Shown: one piece after another, positions 19,129 through 28,442 of the stretch
Position numbering within the stretch: the stretch's first letter is position 1
Layout of the letters: each line of letters begins with the position of its first letter
NCBI RefSeq assembly: GCF_041920015.1
Contig: NZ_JAYRST010000002.1
Location: 18,952-82,951 of the forward strand
DNA from: Phenylobacterium sp.
GTDB lineage: Bacteria; Pseudomonadota; Alphaproteobacteria; Caulobacterales; Caulobacteraceae
Length of the DNA stretch: 64,000 nucleotides
Reading direction: 5' to 3'
Notes under the pieces: generated by a model
Told to the model about the DNA's origin: nothing
The model's input: the letters and a program-made list of their open reading frames with translations, nothing else
The model's database searches: none
Position numbers and translations under genes: made by a program

Positions 19129-20669
19129 CGCCCCGCCGCCAGCGCCCTCGCCGCCTCGCCCGGCGTGGCCTTGTCGCGGTCCCGATCGACGCTGAAGTTC
19201 GCCGCCTGCATGGCCTCGACCGAGATCGAGCCCACCAAGGGCCGCAACGCCGCCAGCAGGCGCGCATCGCCCGCCCGCTTGGGCGAAACCAGGATCACCG
19301 CGTCATAGGGCGGCAAGGCGCCCTTGGGGTCGGACAGCACGATCAACCGGTCGGCGGCGATCCGGCCATCGGAGGAGAAGGCCGAGATGACGTCGGCCTC
19401 GCCGCCGGCCAGGGCGCGGTACATGAAGGTCGGCTGGAACGAGCGCTGGGCCTTGAAGTGGAAGCCGTAGGCGGCGTCCACCGCCTTCCATTCCGGCCGC
19501 GACAGGAACTCCAGGTCCGAGCCCAGGGTCAGGCGCGGCGCCTGGCGGGCGAGGTCGGCGAGGCTGGCCACGCCCAGCGCCTGGGCCCGGTCGGCCCGCA
19601 TGGCGAAGGCGTAGGCGTTCTCGAACCCCAGCGATCCCAGCACGACCACGCCGTCGCGGCGCTTCAACTCCGAGGTCAACTCGGCCAGCACGGCGGCGCG
19701 GCCCGGATTGTCCTGGCGTTTCAGCACATTGGTCCAGAGCGTGCCGGAATAGTCGACATAGGCGTCGATCTCCCCGGCGGCGAGCGCGCGATAGGCCACC
19801 GCCGAGCCCAGGTCCTCCTTGCGCGAGACCCTGGCGCCGCCGTCCTCCAGCCGCTGGGCCATCAGTTCGGCCAGGATGTATTGCTCGGAGAAGTTCTTGG
19901 CCCCGATCACGTAGCTGGCCGGCTTGCCGATCGCCCAGAGCGGGCTGATCGCCCCCGCTGCACCGAGCGCCAGCAAAGCCGCCCCCAACGCGACCAGGCC
20001 GCGCCGACGCCGCGCCGCGCCCATCTCGATCAGGCCGAGAAGCTGGTCGACCGCCAGGGCCAGCACCGCCGAGGCCGCGCAGCCGAACAGCACGAACACC
20101 CAGTTCTCGGTCTGCAGACCGGCGAAGATGTAGTTGCCGAGGCTGGTCTGGCCGACCGGGGTCGAGAGCGTCGCCGCCCCGATGGTCCAGACCGCAGCGG
20201 TCCGCACGCCGGCCATGATCACCGGCATGGCCAGCGGCAGCTCGACCTGCAGCAGCTTCTGGCGCGAGGTCATGCCGACGCCGTCGGCCGCTTCGCGCAC
20301 CGCCGGGTCGACGCCCAGGACGCCGGCCGTGGCGGTCCGCAGGATCGGCAGCATCGAATAGAGGGTGAGCGCCAGCAGCGAGGGCAGGAAGCCAAGCGCG
20401 GAGAAGCCCTTGCCGAACACCGCCTGGCTCGCAGCCGAGAGGCCCAGCAGCACCGGATAGAACAGGGCCAGCAGCGCCAGGCTGGGGATGGTCTGGATGA
20501 AGCCGGCGAAAGCCAGCAGCGGCCAGCGCAGGCGCGGGCTGCGGCTCGCCGCCACCGCCAGCGGCAAGCTGACGGCCAGGCCGAGCGCAAGGGCGCAGAA
20601 GCTCAACAGCACATGCCAGGCCAGATAGTCCGGCAGCAAGGCGAAGGCCTGGGCGATCCGCGCGTTCAT
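19125..20669 (-). CDS. Osmoprotectant (glycine betaine/choline-type) ABC transporter, fused permease + substrate-binding protein
   Basis: QTIPSLALL and the EAA loop EAADGVGMT...VELPLA; C-terminal OpuAC-type domain GAKNFSEQYIL, YVDYSGT, PPYDA. Confidence 0.9.
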   Translation of the reverse strand: MNARIAQAFALLPDYLAWHVLLSFCALALGLAVSLPLAVAASRSPRLRWPLLAFAGFIQTIPSLALLALFYPVLLGLSAASQAVFGKGFSALGFLPSLLALTLYSMLPILRTATAGVLGVDPAVREAADGVGMTSRQKLLQVELPLAMPVIMAGVRTAAVWTIGAATLSTPVGQTSLGNYIFAGLQTENWVFVLFGCAASAVLALAVDQLLGLIEMGAARRRRGLVALGAALLALGAAGAISPLWAIGKPASYVIGAKNFSEQYILAELMAQRLEDGGARVSRKEDLGSAVAYRALAAGEIDAYVDYSGTLWTNVLKRQDNPGRAAVLAELTSELKRRDGVVVLGSLGFENAYAFAMRADRAQALGVASLADLARQAPRLTLGSDLEFLSRPEWKAVDAAYGFHFKAQRSFQPTFMYRALAGGEADVISAFSSDGRIAADRLIVLSDPKGALPPYDAVILVSPKRAGDARLLAALRPLVGSISVEAMQAANFSVDRDRDKATPGEAARALAAGR

Positions 20670-21433
20670 GCCGCCCCGCCCAATCGCGCGCGCAGCCGTT
20701 CGGCCTGCCGGCGCGGCGCCTCCAGCAGCTCGCGCACCGCCTGCGGCTGGTCGGACCCCGTCAACTCGTGCGGCGGCCCGTCGGCGAGGACGCGCCCCGC
20801 CTCCAGCACGACGATCCGGTCAGCCAGCAGGATCGCCTCGGCCATGTCGTGCGTGACCATCACCGTGGTGAGGGCCAGCGCCTCGTGCAGGGCTCGGTAG
20901 TCGGCGCCCAGCGCATCGCGCGTCAGGGGATCGAGCGCGCCGAACGGCTCGTCCATCAGCATCAGCTTCGGCTCGGCCGCCAGCGCCCGCGCCACACCGA
21001 CCCGCTGGCGCTGGCCGCCGGAAAGCTGGGCTGGCGAGCGGCGCGCCACATCCCGCGGCAAGGCGACGAGATCGAGCAACTCGTCCACCCGCGCGGCGAT
21101 CCTGGCCGGCGCCCAGCCCAGCAGGCGCGGGGTGACGGCGATGTTCTCGGCCACGCTGAGGTGAGGAAACAGCCCGACCTCCTGGAAGACGTAGCCGATC
21201 CGCCGGCGCAGGTCGTGCGGCGGCAGGCTGCGCGCGTCCACGCCCTCGACGCGCACCGTTCCCGCGTCCGGCGCGACCAGGCCGTTGATGGTCTTCAGGA
21301 GAGTGGTCTTGCCCGAGCCGGAGGCGCCGACCAGCGCCACGAACTGCCCGGTCGGAATGGCGAGATCGACGCCCGCCAGGGCGCGGTGGGTCCCGAAGCG
21401 CCTCTCGATGGCCGAAAGCTCGATCGCCGACAT
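20666..21433 (-). CDS. Osmoprotectant ABC transporter ATPase
   Basis: GASGSGKTT, LSGGQRQRV and MDEPFGALDP motifs; ATGA overlap with the permease. Confidence 0.92.
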   Translation of the reverse strand: MSAIELSAIERRFGTHRALAGVDLAIPTGQFVALVGASGSGKTTLLKTINGLVAPDAGTVRVEGVDARSLPPHDLRRRIGYVFQEVGLFPHLSVAENIAVTPRLLGWAPARIAARVDELLDLVALPRDVARRSPAQLSGGQRQRVGVARALAAEPKLMLMDEPFGALDPLTRDALGADYRALHEALALTTVMVTHDMAEAILLADRIVVLEAGRVLADGPPHELTGSDQPQAVRELLEAPRRQAERLRARLGGAA

Positions 21434-21490
21434 GCCCCTAGGCGTAACACGGGAGGGTGGAAGTGGAACCCCCGGCTCGCCTGCGCGCCG

Positions 21491-21799
21491 TCAGATCGGC
21501 ATGCGCATGATTTCCTGATAGGCGTTGATCACCTGGTCGCGGACGGCCATCACCGTCTCCAGGCTGGCCTCGGCGGCGGAGATCGCCGTCACCACGTCGA
21601 TCAGTTCGGCCTTGCCGGCCGCCTGGGCGGCGATCTGGTGCTCGGCCGCCTTGGTGTTCTGCATCACGTCGCCCATGGCCGACTTCAGCACCGCGCCGAA
21701 GTCGAGGCCCTGCTCGTCCTGGGCCGGGGCGGCCGGACGCGCGATGGCGGTGTTCTGGGTGGCGGCGTAGGCCTTGGCGGCGGCAAGCGCGGTCATCAT
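21491..21799 (-). CDS. fliE: Flagellar hook-basal body protein FliE
   Basis: C-terminal [17 protein letters not shown]. Confidence 0.96.
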   Translation of the reverse strand: MMTALAAAKAYAATQNTAIARPAAPAQDEQGLDFGAVLKSAMGDVMQNTKAAEHQIAAQAAGKAELIDVVTAISAAEASLETVMAVRDQVINAYQEIMRMPI

Positions 21800-21810
21800 G
21801 GCTCAGGCGC

Positions 21811-22230
21811 CTATTTCTTCAGGATATCGAGGGTGCGCTGCTCCATGGACCGCGCGGTTTCGATGACGTTGAGGTTGGCCTCGTAGGCGCGCTGCGCCTC
21901 CTTCATGTCGAGGGCCTCGACCAGGGGATCGACATTGGGCAGCTTCACATAGCCCTTGGCGTCGGCCGAGGGATGGCTGGGGTCGTAGACGTTGCGGAAG
22001 TCCTTGCGGTCGGGCTCGACGCGGGCGACCCGCACCCCCTGGCCGCCGTCGGTCTTGTAGGGCGTGAACACCGGGATCTGGCGGCGATAGGGATCGCCGC
22101 CGGGCTGGCGCGACACCGAATTGGCGTTGGCCATGTTCTCGGCGATGACCCGCATCCGCGCCTGCTGGGCGCGCAGGGCGGTGACGGCGATGGCCTGGGG
22201 TGCGCCGGAGGTGGGCTTGATGTCCGCCAT
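21811..22230 (-). CDS. flgC: Flagellar rod protein FlgC
   Basis: IAENMANA, PYRRQ, YDPSHPSAD..GYVKLPNV and RAYEAN motifs. Confidence 0.97.
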   Translation of the reverse strand: MADIKPTSGAPQAIAVTALRAQQARMRVIAENMANANSVSRQPGGDPYRRQIPVFTPYKTDGGQGVRVARVEPDRKDFRNVYDPSHPSADAKGYVKLPNVDPLVEALDMKEAQRAYEANLNVIETARSMEQRTLDILKK

Positions 22231-22240
22231 CTATAACCTC

Positions 22241-22690
22241 CTAGCCGCGGCCCGGCGAGCGGGACGCCAGGCGCAGCATGGCCAGCGACTTCTGATAGAA
22301 ACTGATGGCCGCGTCGTAGTTCATGCGCGCCTCGGTCATCTTCAGCATCTCCTCCTCCAGCACGACGGAATTGCCGTCGAGCGTGGTCTCGGAGTCCTTG
22401 GTCTTCACCGCCTTGTAGGGCGAGCGGTGCTGCGAGGCCGGGGTCATGTGCCCCGGCTGCGTGACCGCCTGGGCCGTGGTCGAAGCCTGGGCCGTGGTCG
22501 AAGCCTGGGCCGTGGTCGAAGCCTGGGCCGCCTGTAGTTTGGCTTGAAAAGTGAAGGGCTTGAGGTCGCCAGGCGTATAGCCGGGCGTGTCGGAATTGGC
22601 GACGTTCTGCGAGATCAGGCGCTGGCGCTCGCCAAGGTGGCCCAGCCGCCCCTTCAGCATCGCAAACAGCGGAATCTCGTTCAGGTCCAT
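22241..22690 (-). CDS. flgB: Flagellar rod protein FlgB
   Basis: RQRLISQNVANSDTPGY and DGNSVVLEEEM motifs. Confidence 0.96.
   Translation of the reverse strand: MDLNEIPLFAMLKGRLGHLGERQRLISQNVANSDTPGYTPGDLKPFTFQAKLQAAQASTTAQASTTAQASTTAQAVTQPGHMTPASQHRSPYKAVKTKDSETTLDGNSVVLEEEMLKMTEARMNYDAAISFYQKSLAMLRLASRSPGRG
22467..22530. repeat. Perfect in-frame 18-bp tandem repeat (about 3.5 copies) inside flgB
   Basis: GCCTGGGCCGTGGTCGAA at 22467, 22485 and 22503, plus a partial copy at 22521-22530; encodes (AQASTT)3. Confidence 0.95.
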
Positions 22691-22714
22691 GGCCCGGAAT
22701 GGTGAACAAACAGG

Positions 22715-22730
22715 GTTAACCGCGCCTTAA
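22715..22730 (-). promoter_or_regulatory. Full CtrA box in the flgB/fliO divergent promoter region
   Basis: Minus strand TTAA-GGCGCGG-TTAAC, an exact TTAA-N7-TTAAC match. Confidence 0.85.
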
Positions 22731-22779
22731 GACCCTCAGGCGCACTCCAGGGCCAACGGGCGCACGAGTCGCGTCACCC

Positions 22780-22811
22780 CCTTTTGAAATCCGGCCCTTT
22801 CGAAATCCGGC
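22780..22811 (+). repeat. 16-bp direct tandem duplication immediately before the fliO start
   Basis: CCTTTTGAAATCCGGC followed by CCTTTCGAAATCCGGC (15/16 identical), then ATG. Confidence 0.8.
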
Positions 22812-23093
22812 ATGGACCTGTCCGAATTCCTTCGCGCCGTCTTCGCCCTGGCGCTCACCCTGGGGCTCGTCGGCCTGGGAGCCGTAGCCTTGCGCCGCTT
22901 CGGGCCAGACGCCCTGGCGCGCCTGGTTCCGACCAAGAAGGAGCGCCGGCTGGCGGTGGTGGAGACCCTGATCCTCGACCCTTCGCGGCGCCTGGTCGTG
23001 ATCTCGTTCGACGGCCAGGAGACGCTGCTGCTGCTCGGCGAGGGACGGGTGCTGACGGCCGCCGCCAAGCCTGGAACGGACGCCCATGCGTAA
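22812..23093 (+). CDS. fliO: Flagellar biogenesis protein FliO
   Basis: N-terminal TM, RRLAVVETLILDPSRRLVVI; overlaps the fliP start. Confidence 0.88.
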   Translation: MDLSEFLRAVFALALTLGLVGLGAVALRRFGPDALARLVPTKKERRLAVVETLILDPSRRLVVISFDGQETLLLLGEGRVLTAAAKPGTDAHA

Positions 23094-23883
23094 GGTTTTC
23101 AAGGCCCTCTTCCAGGATCATGCCGAAGACTGGCGCAGGGCCGCGCGCCTCTCGGCCGCCGCCACCCTGGTCTCGCTGATCTTCCCGGCCGTGGCCCTCG
23201 CCCAGGCGATCAATGTCGACCTCGGGACCGGCGCGGGCCTCTCCGAGCGCGTCGTCCAACTGGTCGGGCTGCTGACGGTGCTGTCGCTGGCGCCGTCCAT
23301 AGTCATCATGACCACCTCGTTCGTGCGGATCGTGGTCGTGCTGGGCCTGCTGCGCACGGCCCTGGGCCTCCAGCAGAGTCCGCCCAACGCGGTGATCATC
23401 AGCCTGGCCCTGTTCCTGACCGCCATCGTCATGGGCCCGACCTTCCAGAAGTCCTACGACGACGGCATCAAGCCGCTGATGGACCAGCAGATGGAGCTGC
23501 CAGCCGCCTTCGACGCCACCGCCGCCCCGGTCAAGACCTTCATGCTGAGCCAGGTGGGCCAGGAAGACCTCGCCCTCTTCATCCGGCTCTCGAAGATCCA
23601 GCGCCCGGCCACGGCCCAGGACACGCCGCTGACCGTCGTCACCCCCGCCTTCATGATCTCGGAGCTGAAGCGGGCCTTCGAGATCGGCTTCCTGCTGTTC
23701 ATCCCGTTCCTGGTCATCGACCTGGTGGTCGCCAGCGTGCTGATGAGCATGGGGATGATGATGCTGCCGCCGGTGATCGTCTCCCTGCCCTTCAAGCTGA
23801 TCTTCTTCGTACTGGTCGACGGCTGGCGGCTGGTGGCCGGCAGTCTGGTCGAAAGCTTCCAGCGCGGGGTCGGCGGCGGCTAG
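23086..23883 (+). CDS. fliP: Flagellar export protein FliP
   Basis: LAPSIVIMTTSFVRI, QQSPPN, PAFMISEL, MGMMMLPP and LVDGW motifs. Confidence 0.97.
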   Translation: MRKVFKALFQDHAEDWRRAARLSAAATLVSLIFPAVALAQAINVDLGTGAGLSERVVQLVGLLTVLSLAPSIVIMTTSFVRIVVVLGLLRTALGLQQSPPNAVIISLALFLTAIVMGPTFQKSYDDGIKPLMDQQMELPAAFDATAAPVKTFMLSQVGQEDLALFIRLSKIQRPATAQDTPLTVVTPAFMISELKRAFEIGFLLFIPFLVIDLVVASVLMSMGMMMLPPVIVSLPFKLIFFVLVDGWRLVAGSLVESFQRGVGGG

Positions 23884-24689
23884 AAGCGGCGCGAGGCGCC
23901 GACCGAGACCTCGAGATCGGGCGTGTCGGCGGTCAAGCCGCCATAGACCCCGAAGTCGAACTGCAGGTCCTCGTATCCCGGCGGCGTCCAAGCCAGGGTC
24001 AGGTCGACGGAAGCCTGGCGAAGCTCGCCCGCGGGATCGTCGTCGATCGCGCCCCATAGCTCGGCGCCCAGCGTCACCGGTCCGAGCTGGCGGCTCACAC
24101 CGGCGGCCAGCGACCAGGCCAGGTGCGTTCCGCGCCCGTCAGCGTCGCGGACGATGTCGACCTCCGGCGCGAGGCCCAGCGCGACCTCCTGCGTCAGGGG
24201 CGCGGAAATCGACGCGATCAGACCGCCCTGCCAGCCGCCCGCCCCCACGCCGCGCTTGCCGGTCGGCGCGCTGACGAAGGGTTGCAGGGCGACGGAAACG
24301 CCAGAGCCGTCGGGATTGCGCAACGACTTGCGCAGGACGAAGGTGAGGTCGCCGACGCCGGATGTGCGGCTCGTCGCCCCGCCGGCGTGCGAGCGGGTCT
24401 CGGCATAGGGCGTCCAGGCGATTTGGCCTTCCAGGGTCGGCGTCAGGCCAAGGCGCAGCGCCAGGTCGCCGATCGCATAGGTCTCGCTCGAACCTGGCCC
24501 AGCACGCTGGAAGCTGGCCTCCACCGCGCCCAATTCCACCTGGAAGACGCCGGCGTCGAGCACGCAGGACGGCGAACCCTTGCCCGGTCGGTCGGGGCAG
24601 AAATCCCGCAGGCCCTCGCGATCCTGGGCTTGCGCGGAGCCGGCCACGCAGGCCGCGCCGAGAGCGAGAACTTTCAGGGTCGGACGCAT
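23880..24689 (-). CDS. Outer-membrane beta-barrel 'transporter' (MetA/phenol-degradation-pathway-like family)
   Basis: Signal peptide; CPDRPGKGSPSC; SGVGDL; alternating beta-strand pattern; C-terminal SRRF. Confidence 0.75.
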   Translation of the reverse strand: MRPTLKVLALGAACVAGSAQAQDREGLRDFCPDRPGKGSPSCVLDAGVFQVELGAVEASFQRAGPGSSETYAIGDLALRLGLTPTLEGQIAWTPYAETRSHAGGATSRTSGVGDLTFVLRKSLRNPDGSGVSVALQPFVSAPTGKRGVGAGGWQGGLIASISAPLTQEVALGLAPEVDIVRDADGRGTHLAWSLAAGVSRQLGPVTLGAELWGAIDDDPAGELRQASVDLTLAWTPPGYEDLQFDFGVYGGLTADTPDLEVSVGASRRF

Positions 24690-24700
24690 GGGTGTCTTCC

Positions 24701-27625
24701 TTACCCCCGCCCGGCCGTCGCGGCGCTGGCCTGTTTCGGCGCGGGCTTGGCGGCCTCGGCCGGCGGGGTCGGCGGCCCCAGCGGCGCCGGCTTGTCGCGG
24801 AAGCGGGTCTTCATCTTGGCGACCCAGCCGGCGAACGCCTCGTTGTCGGCGGTGACGCGGCCGAAGTCGCCGACGCTGAGCTGGCCTTGCTGGACCCCGG
24901 TCAGGGCGACGCGCAAAGCCTCCGGGTTGCGGGCCTGGTCGTAGAAGCCAGAATAGCGCTGTTGCATCCGCGCCAGGGCCGCATCGTCGCCCGCCAGGCT
25001 GTAGGCGACGCCGGCGCGAAGCAGCTTGCCTTCATCTTCGGCGCTCAAGGGGCCGGTCTGTTTCCAACGATCGCCCAGGCTCTTCTCGAACAGGGCCGCG
25101 GCCTGGGCCCAGCCTTTCTGCTTCCAGTAGATTTCGGCGCGCAGGTCCTGGGCGTCGCGGCCGGCGTCGCGATCGAGCACCTCCAGCGCGTGGTCGTAGC
25201 GGCCGAGATCGCTGAGGGCGCGGGCTTCGACCAGCCGCCGCTCGGCGTTCAGCGCCGTAGGCAGAATGGTGGTGCGCGAGGCGTTGATGGCGATCAACGC
25301 CTGCTCGGGCTTGCGGTCCATCAGGTAGATCAGCGCCAGATCGGTCGCCACCTGGGCGCGCGGCACCCCGTCCAGGCGATTTTCGGCCTGATACTTCAGA
25401 AGCTCGGCGGCCTGGTCCAACAGGTCGACGTCGACCAGCCGGCGGACCAGCTTGCGGACCATCAGGTCGCCATCGGCGCCCAGCGGGGTCAGATCGCGGA
25501 AGTCGTAGAACAGGGCCAGGGCCTGGACCGGCTCCAGCCCGTCGGCGGCGCCGTCGAGGAAGAGTCCTCGGAACGCGGCGGCCAGATCGGCCTGCAGGCG
25601 CACGGACTCGGGAAGGTTCGGCAAGCGCGTACCGGCCCCGCGCAAGACCTCCAGCGCCTCGCGATACCGGCCCTGGCCGAGATAGAGGTGGCCCAGCGCG
25701 CGGATCGTCTCCAGCTCGACCGCATCGCCGCGCCAGCGATAGCGGAGCGCAGCAAAGGTGTTGGCCGCATCGACCGGCGTGATCTTGCCCAGCTCCAGGC
25801 GGATCTTGGTCGCCTTCAGGGTCGCAGGCGTCGAGATCGAGTCGATGGGCGCGCGCGACACCGCGGCATAGATGCGCAAGGCCCTGTCCTTGTGGCCCAT
25901 GGCCTCCACCACCTCGGCCTGGACCAGACGGGTCTGGAGTTCCTCGACCGGATCGGTCTTGTCCATCAGGGCGAGCTTGATGCGGGCTTCCGCGCCGTTG
26001 AGGTCGCCCAGCGCCAGGGCCGCCAGGGCGTCCGAGCGGGCGAAGCGCGCCTTCCAGACCGGCGAGAACTGATTGAACGCCTCTGCGCCCGCTCCGAACT
26101 GCGCGCGCGCCTCGGGCCACTGATCCAACTGGGCCGCAGCGTAGGACCGCCAGAGCGCGACCGAAGGATCGTCGGAGAGGATCGCCACCGAGAAGTCGGC
26201 CTGGGCCTCCTTGTAGCGGCGCGCCATCACCTTGGCGACGCCGCGCAGGGCGCGGAACTCCGGATCGTCCAGCACCTGCGGATTGCGGCGGGCGGCCTCG
26301 TTCAGCACGCCGATCGCTTCGTAGGACAGCTCCGAACCGACCAGGAAACGGGCCAGGGACATGCGCGCGGCCAGGGGCGCGTCGCGCCCGAGCGCGGCCT
26401 CGTCGTTGGCCGCCGCCAGCAGGGCGTTGTAGCGGGCGAGGAAGCCGCCGGAGCCGGTCTTCGGCCAGTTGCGATAGTCGATCAGGCCGGGCATGCCGGC
26501 CGCCTGCGGCGCCCCAAGGGTCGCTTCGGCCCGCTCGACCGTGGTGGAGGCCGGCGACAGCGTCAGGCCGGACGGGCGGCCGATCTGCACCAGGTCGCCG
26601 TCGTGGCTCATGGCCAGGTCGTCGATATAGGCCTCGGCCGCCAGGCCCTGAGCCGAGGGCAGCAGGGCCATCTGCACGAACTCGCGGCGCGAGGGCAGGC
26701 CCTTGGCCGGCCCCAGGGCGGTGACGACCGACAAGGTGTCGCCCACCACCGGATCGGCGACTCGTACGACCCTGGTCGCCCCGGCCACCGCCGCCTTCAG
26801 CCCGGCCGGACCGCCGGCCTGGTCGCGGACGACGCGGATCTGGGTCGCCGGCTCCACCTGCGCGCCCGGGCCCAGGGTGATGGTCCAGGTCGCGCCCTGG
26901 GACTGGGCGAAGACCGGCGTGCCGGTCGGAGAATCGATACGAACGGCCGCATAGTCCGCGCCGCGAACCGCGCCCATCCGGGTCAGTTGGCGCAAGCCGC
27001 GCGGCGCCCTGGAAACGTCAAGCGTCGCGGGCGCGTCGAACACCACCCAGACCGCGCCGCCGCGCCGGAACACCGCCGCCCCGGCCGGATTGGCCCAGGG
27101 GAAGACGAGCTGGACCTGGCCGGCGCCGACCTTGGTCTCCATCCGCACCACCCCGCCGGCGGGGATCGGGTTGGGCCGGGGCGGAGCGTCCTGGGCCTGC
27201 GCCGCAGCCTCGGCCTGGGCGGGCGGGGCCGCGGCCGGCGGCTTTTCGAAGAGATTGATGTAGGTCGCGCCGTCGGCCGCGCCGACCTTGGCGTCGGCGG
27301 CGTCGTCCAGGGTCAGGACCAGTTCCAGCCCGCCGGCGACCGACCGCGTCTGCGCCGACTTCAGCCAGCGGGGCGGAGCGACCTTCAGGCGGGTGATGTC
27401 CGGCGCGGCGCCTTGCCCAAGGCGCAGGACCAGGGTCTGCCCCTCGCGCCGGACCACGGCGCGGCCGGCGATCTCGATGCGCGAGAAGTCCTTGGCCTGG
27501 GCGACGCGGACCTGGACGCCGCGAGGCGCTGCTTCGGTGGCGGGGGCGGCCAGGCCCGCAGGCGCGGCGACGCTGGCGATGGTGATCGCCGCGACGCTCG
27601 ACCGCAGGGCCTGGCGCAGGTTCAT
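24701..27625 (-). CDS. Large (974 aa) exported TPR-repeat protein of the fliL operon
   Basis: Signal peptide MNLRQALRSSVAAITIASVAAPAGLA; beta-rich N-terminal half; helical TPR-like repeats (ALGHLYLGQGRYREALEVL); 4 bp downstream of motE. Confidence 0.8.
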   Translation of the reverse strand: MNLRQALRSSVAAITIASVAAPAGLAAPATEAAPRGVQVRVAQAKDFSRIEIAGRAVVRREGQTLVLRLGQGAAPDITRLKVAPPRWLKSAQTRSVAGGLELVLTLDDAADAKVGAADGATYINLFEKPPAAAPPAQAEAAAQAQDAPPRPNPIPAGGVVRMETKVGAGQVQLVFPWANPAGAAVFRRGGAVWVVFDAPATLDVSRAPRGLRQLTRMGAVRGADYAAVRIDSPTGTPVFAQSQGATWTITLGPGAQVEPATQIRVVRDQAGGPAGLKAAVAGATRVVRVADPVVGDTLSVVTALGPAKGLPSRREFVQMALLPSAQGLAAEAYIDDLAMSHDGDLVQIGRPSGLTLSPASTTVERAEATLGAPQAAGMPGLIDYRNWPKTGSGGFLARYNALLAAANDEAALGRDAPLAARMSLARFLVGSELSYEAIGVLNEAARRNPQVLDDPEFRALRGVAKVMARRYKEAQADFSVAILSDDPSVALWRSYAAAQLDQWPEARAQFGAGAEAFNQFSPVWKARFARSDALAALALGDLNGAEARIKLALMDKTDPVEELQTRLVQAEVVEAMGHKDRALRIYAAVSRAPIDSISTPATLKATKIRLELGKITPVDAANTFAALRYRWRGDAVELETIRALGHLYLGQGRYREALEVLRGAGTRLPNLPESVRLQADLAAAFRGLFLDGAADGLEPVQALALFYDFRDLTPLGADGDLMVRKLVRRLVDVDLLDQAAELLKYQAENRLDGVPRAQVATDLALIYLMDRKPEQALIAINASRTTILPTALNAERRLVEARALSDLGRYDHALEVLDRDAGRDAQDLRAEIYWKQKGWAQAAALFEKSLGDRWKQTGPLSAEDEGKLLRAGVAYSLAGDDAALARMQQRYSGFYDQARNPEALRVALTGVQQGQLSVGDFGRVTADNEAFAGWVAKMKTRFRDKPAPLGPPTPPAEAAKPAPKQASAATAGRG

Positions 27626-27629
27626 TCGC

Positions 27630-28442
27630 TCAGCCGGCCTTGGCGGGCGGCGCGGCGGGCTTCGGCGCAGCCGGGGCGGCGGCCTGGGCGCCAGGCTTGG
27701 CGGCCGCCGGCGCGGGCGGACCGGCCACGGCCTGAGCGGCGGCCGCAACCTTCTTGACCTCGGCGAAGCGGCTGGCGAGCGCCTCGGTCAGCTTCTTGGC
27801 CTCGGCCGGCGGCATGGCGGCCAGGATCGGCGAGAGCGCGCGCTCCTTCATCTTCGCAGCCACCGGCAGGCGGACGGCGTCGTCCAGCAGGACCATCCGC
27901 GGCGCGGCGTCCTTGGGCTTCATCAGCTCGAACACCTTCACCAGGCGGTCGATCTCGGCCTGTTCCTTGGCGTCGGCGTCGACCATCAGCTTGGCGATAT
28001 CGCCCTTCATGCCGGTCAGGGCCTGGATCTTGGCGTCCAGCTTGGCCTCGGCCGCGGCCAGCAGGGCCAGTTGCACGTCGAGGTCCTGTTCGCGCTTGTC
28101 GAGCTGGCCCCGGCGCGCGCCGAGGCTTTGCAGCGCCTGCAGTTCGGCCGGCGAGAGACCCGCCTCCTTGGCCAGTTCCGCGGCGGTGGGCGCACAGACG
28201 GCGGCAGGCTTGGCCGCCGGCAGGCCCGGAACCTTGGCGGCCGCGTCCTTGGCCTCGCCGGTGGCGGCCTTGTCGTCCGCGGGCGCCGCCGCGCTCTTCA
28301 CGCCCTTGGCGGCCTCCTCGGCGAAGGCGCGGGCGCCGGACACCAGGTCAGGCAGGGTCTGAGCGCCCGAGAGCGCGTTGATCCCGATCACGCCGGCGAT
28401 GGCGACGCCCACCAGGGGCAGGATGCGAGGCATGTTCTGCAT
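27630..28442 (-). CDS. motE: MotE-family periplasmic flagellar protein
   Basis: N-terminal hydrophobic segment, coiled coil, LVKVFELMKPKDAA...MKERALSPILAAMPP (MgtE-N-like). Confidence 0.8.
   Translation of the reverse strand: MQNMPRILPLVGVAIAGVIGINALSGAQTLPDLVSGARAFAEEAAKGVKSAAAPADDKAATGEAKDAAAKVPGLPAAKPAAVCAPTAAELAKEAGLSPAELQALQSLGARRGQLDKREQDLDVQLALLAAAEAKLDAKIQALTGMKGDIAKLMVDADAKEQAEIDRLVKVFELMKPKDAAPRMVLLDDAVRLPVAAKMKERALSPILAAMPPAEAKKLTEALASRFAEVKKVAAAAQAVAGPPAPAAAKPGAQAAAPAAPKPAAPPAKAG

Noticed and set aside
22467-22530. Short direct repeats as a CRISPR array
   Set aside because: The repeats are contiguous with no spacers, lie in frame within flgB, and there are no cas genes.
24362-27757. 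Very long alternative ORFs (e.g. 1131 aa at 24362+, 721 aa at 58097+, 674 aa at 14942+, 641 aa at 5306+, 340 aa at 53+)
   Set aside because: They are antisense shadows of real genes. High-GC codon bias removes stops on the opposite strand, and the translations are Arg/Gly/Pro-rich with no motifs.
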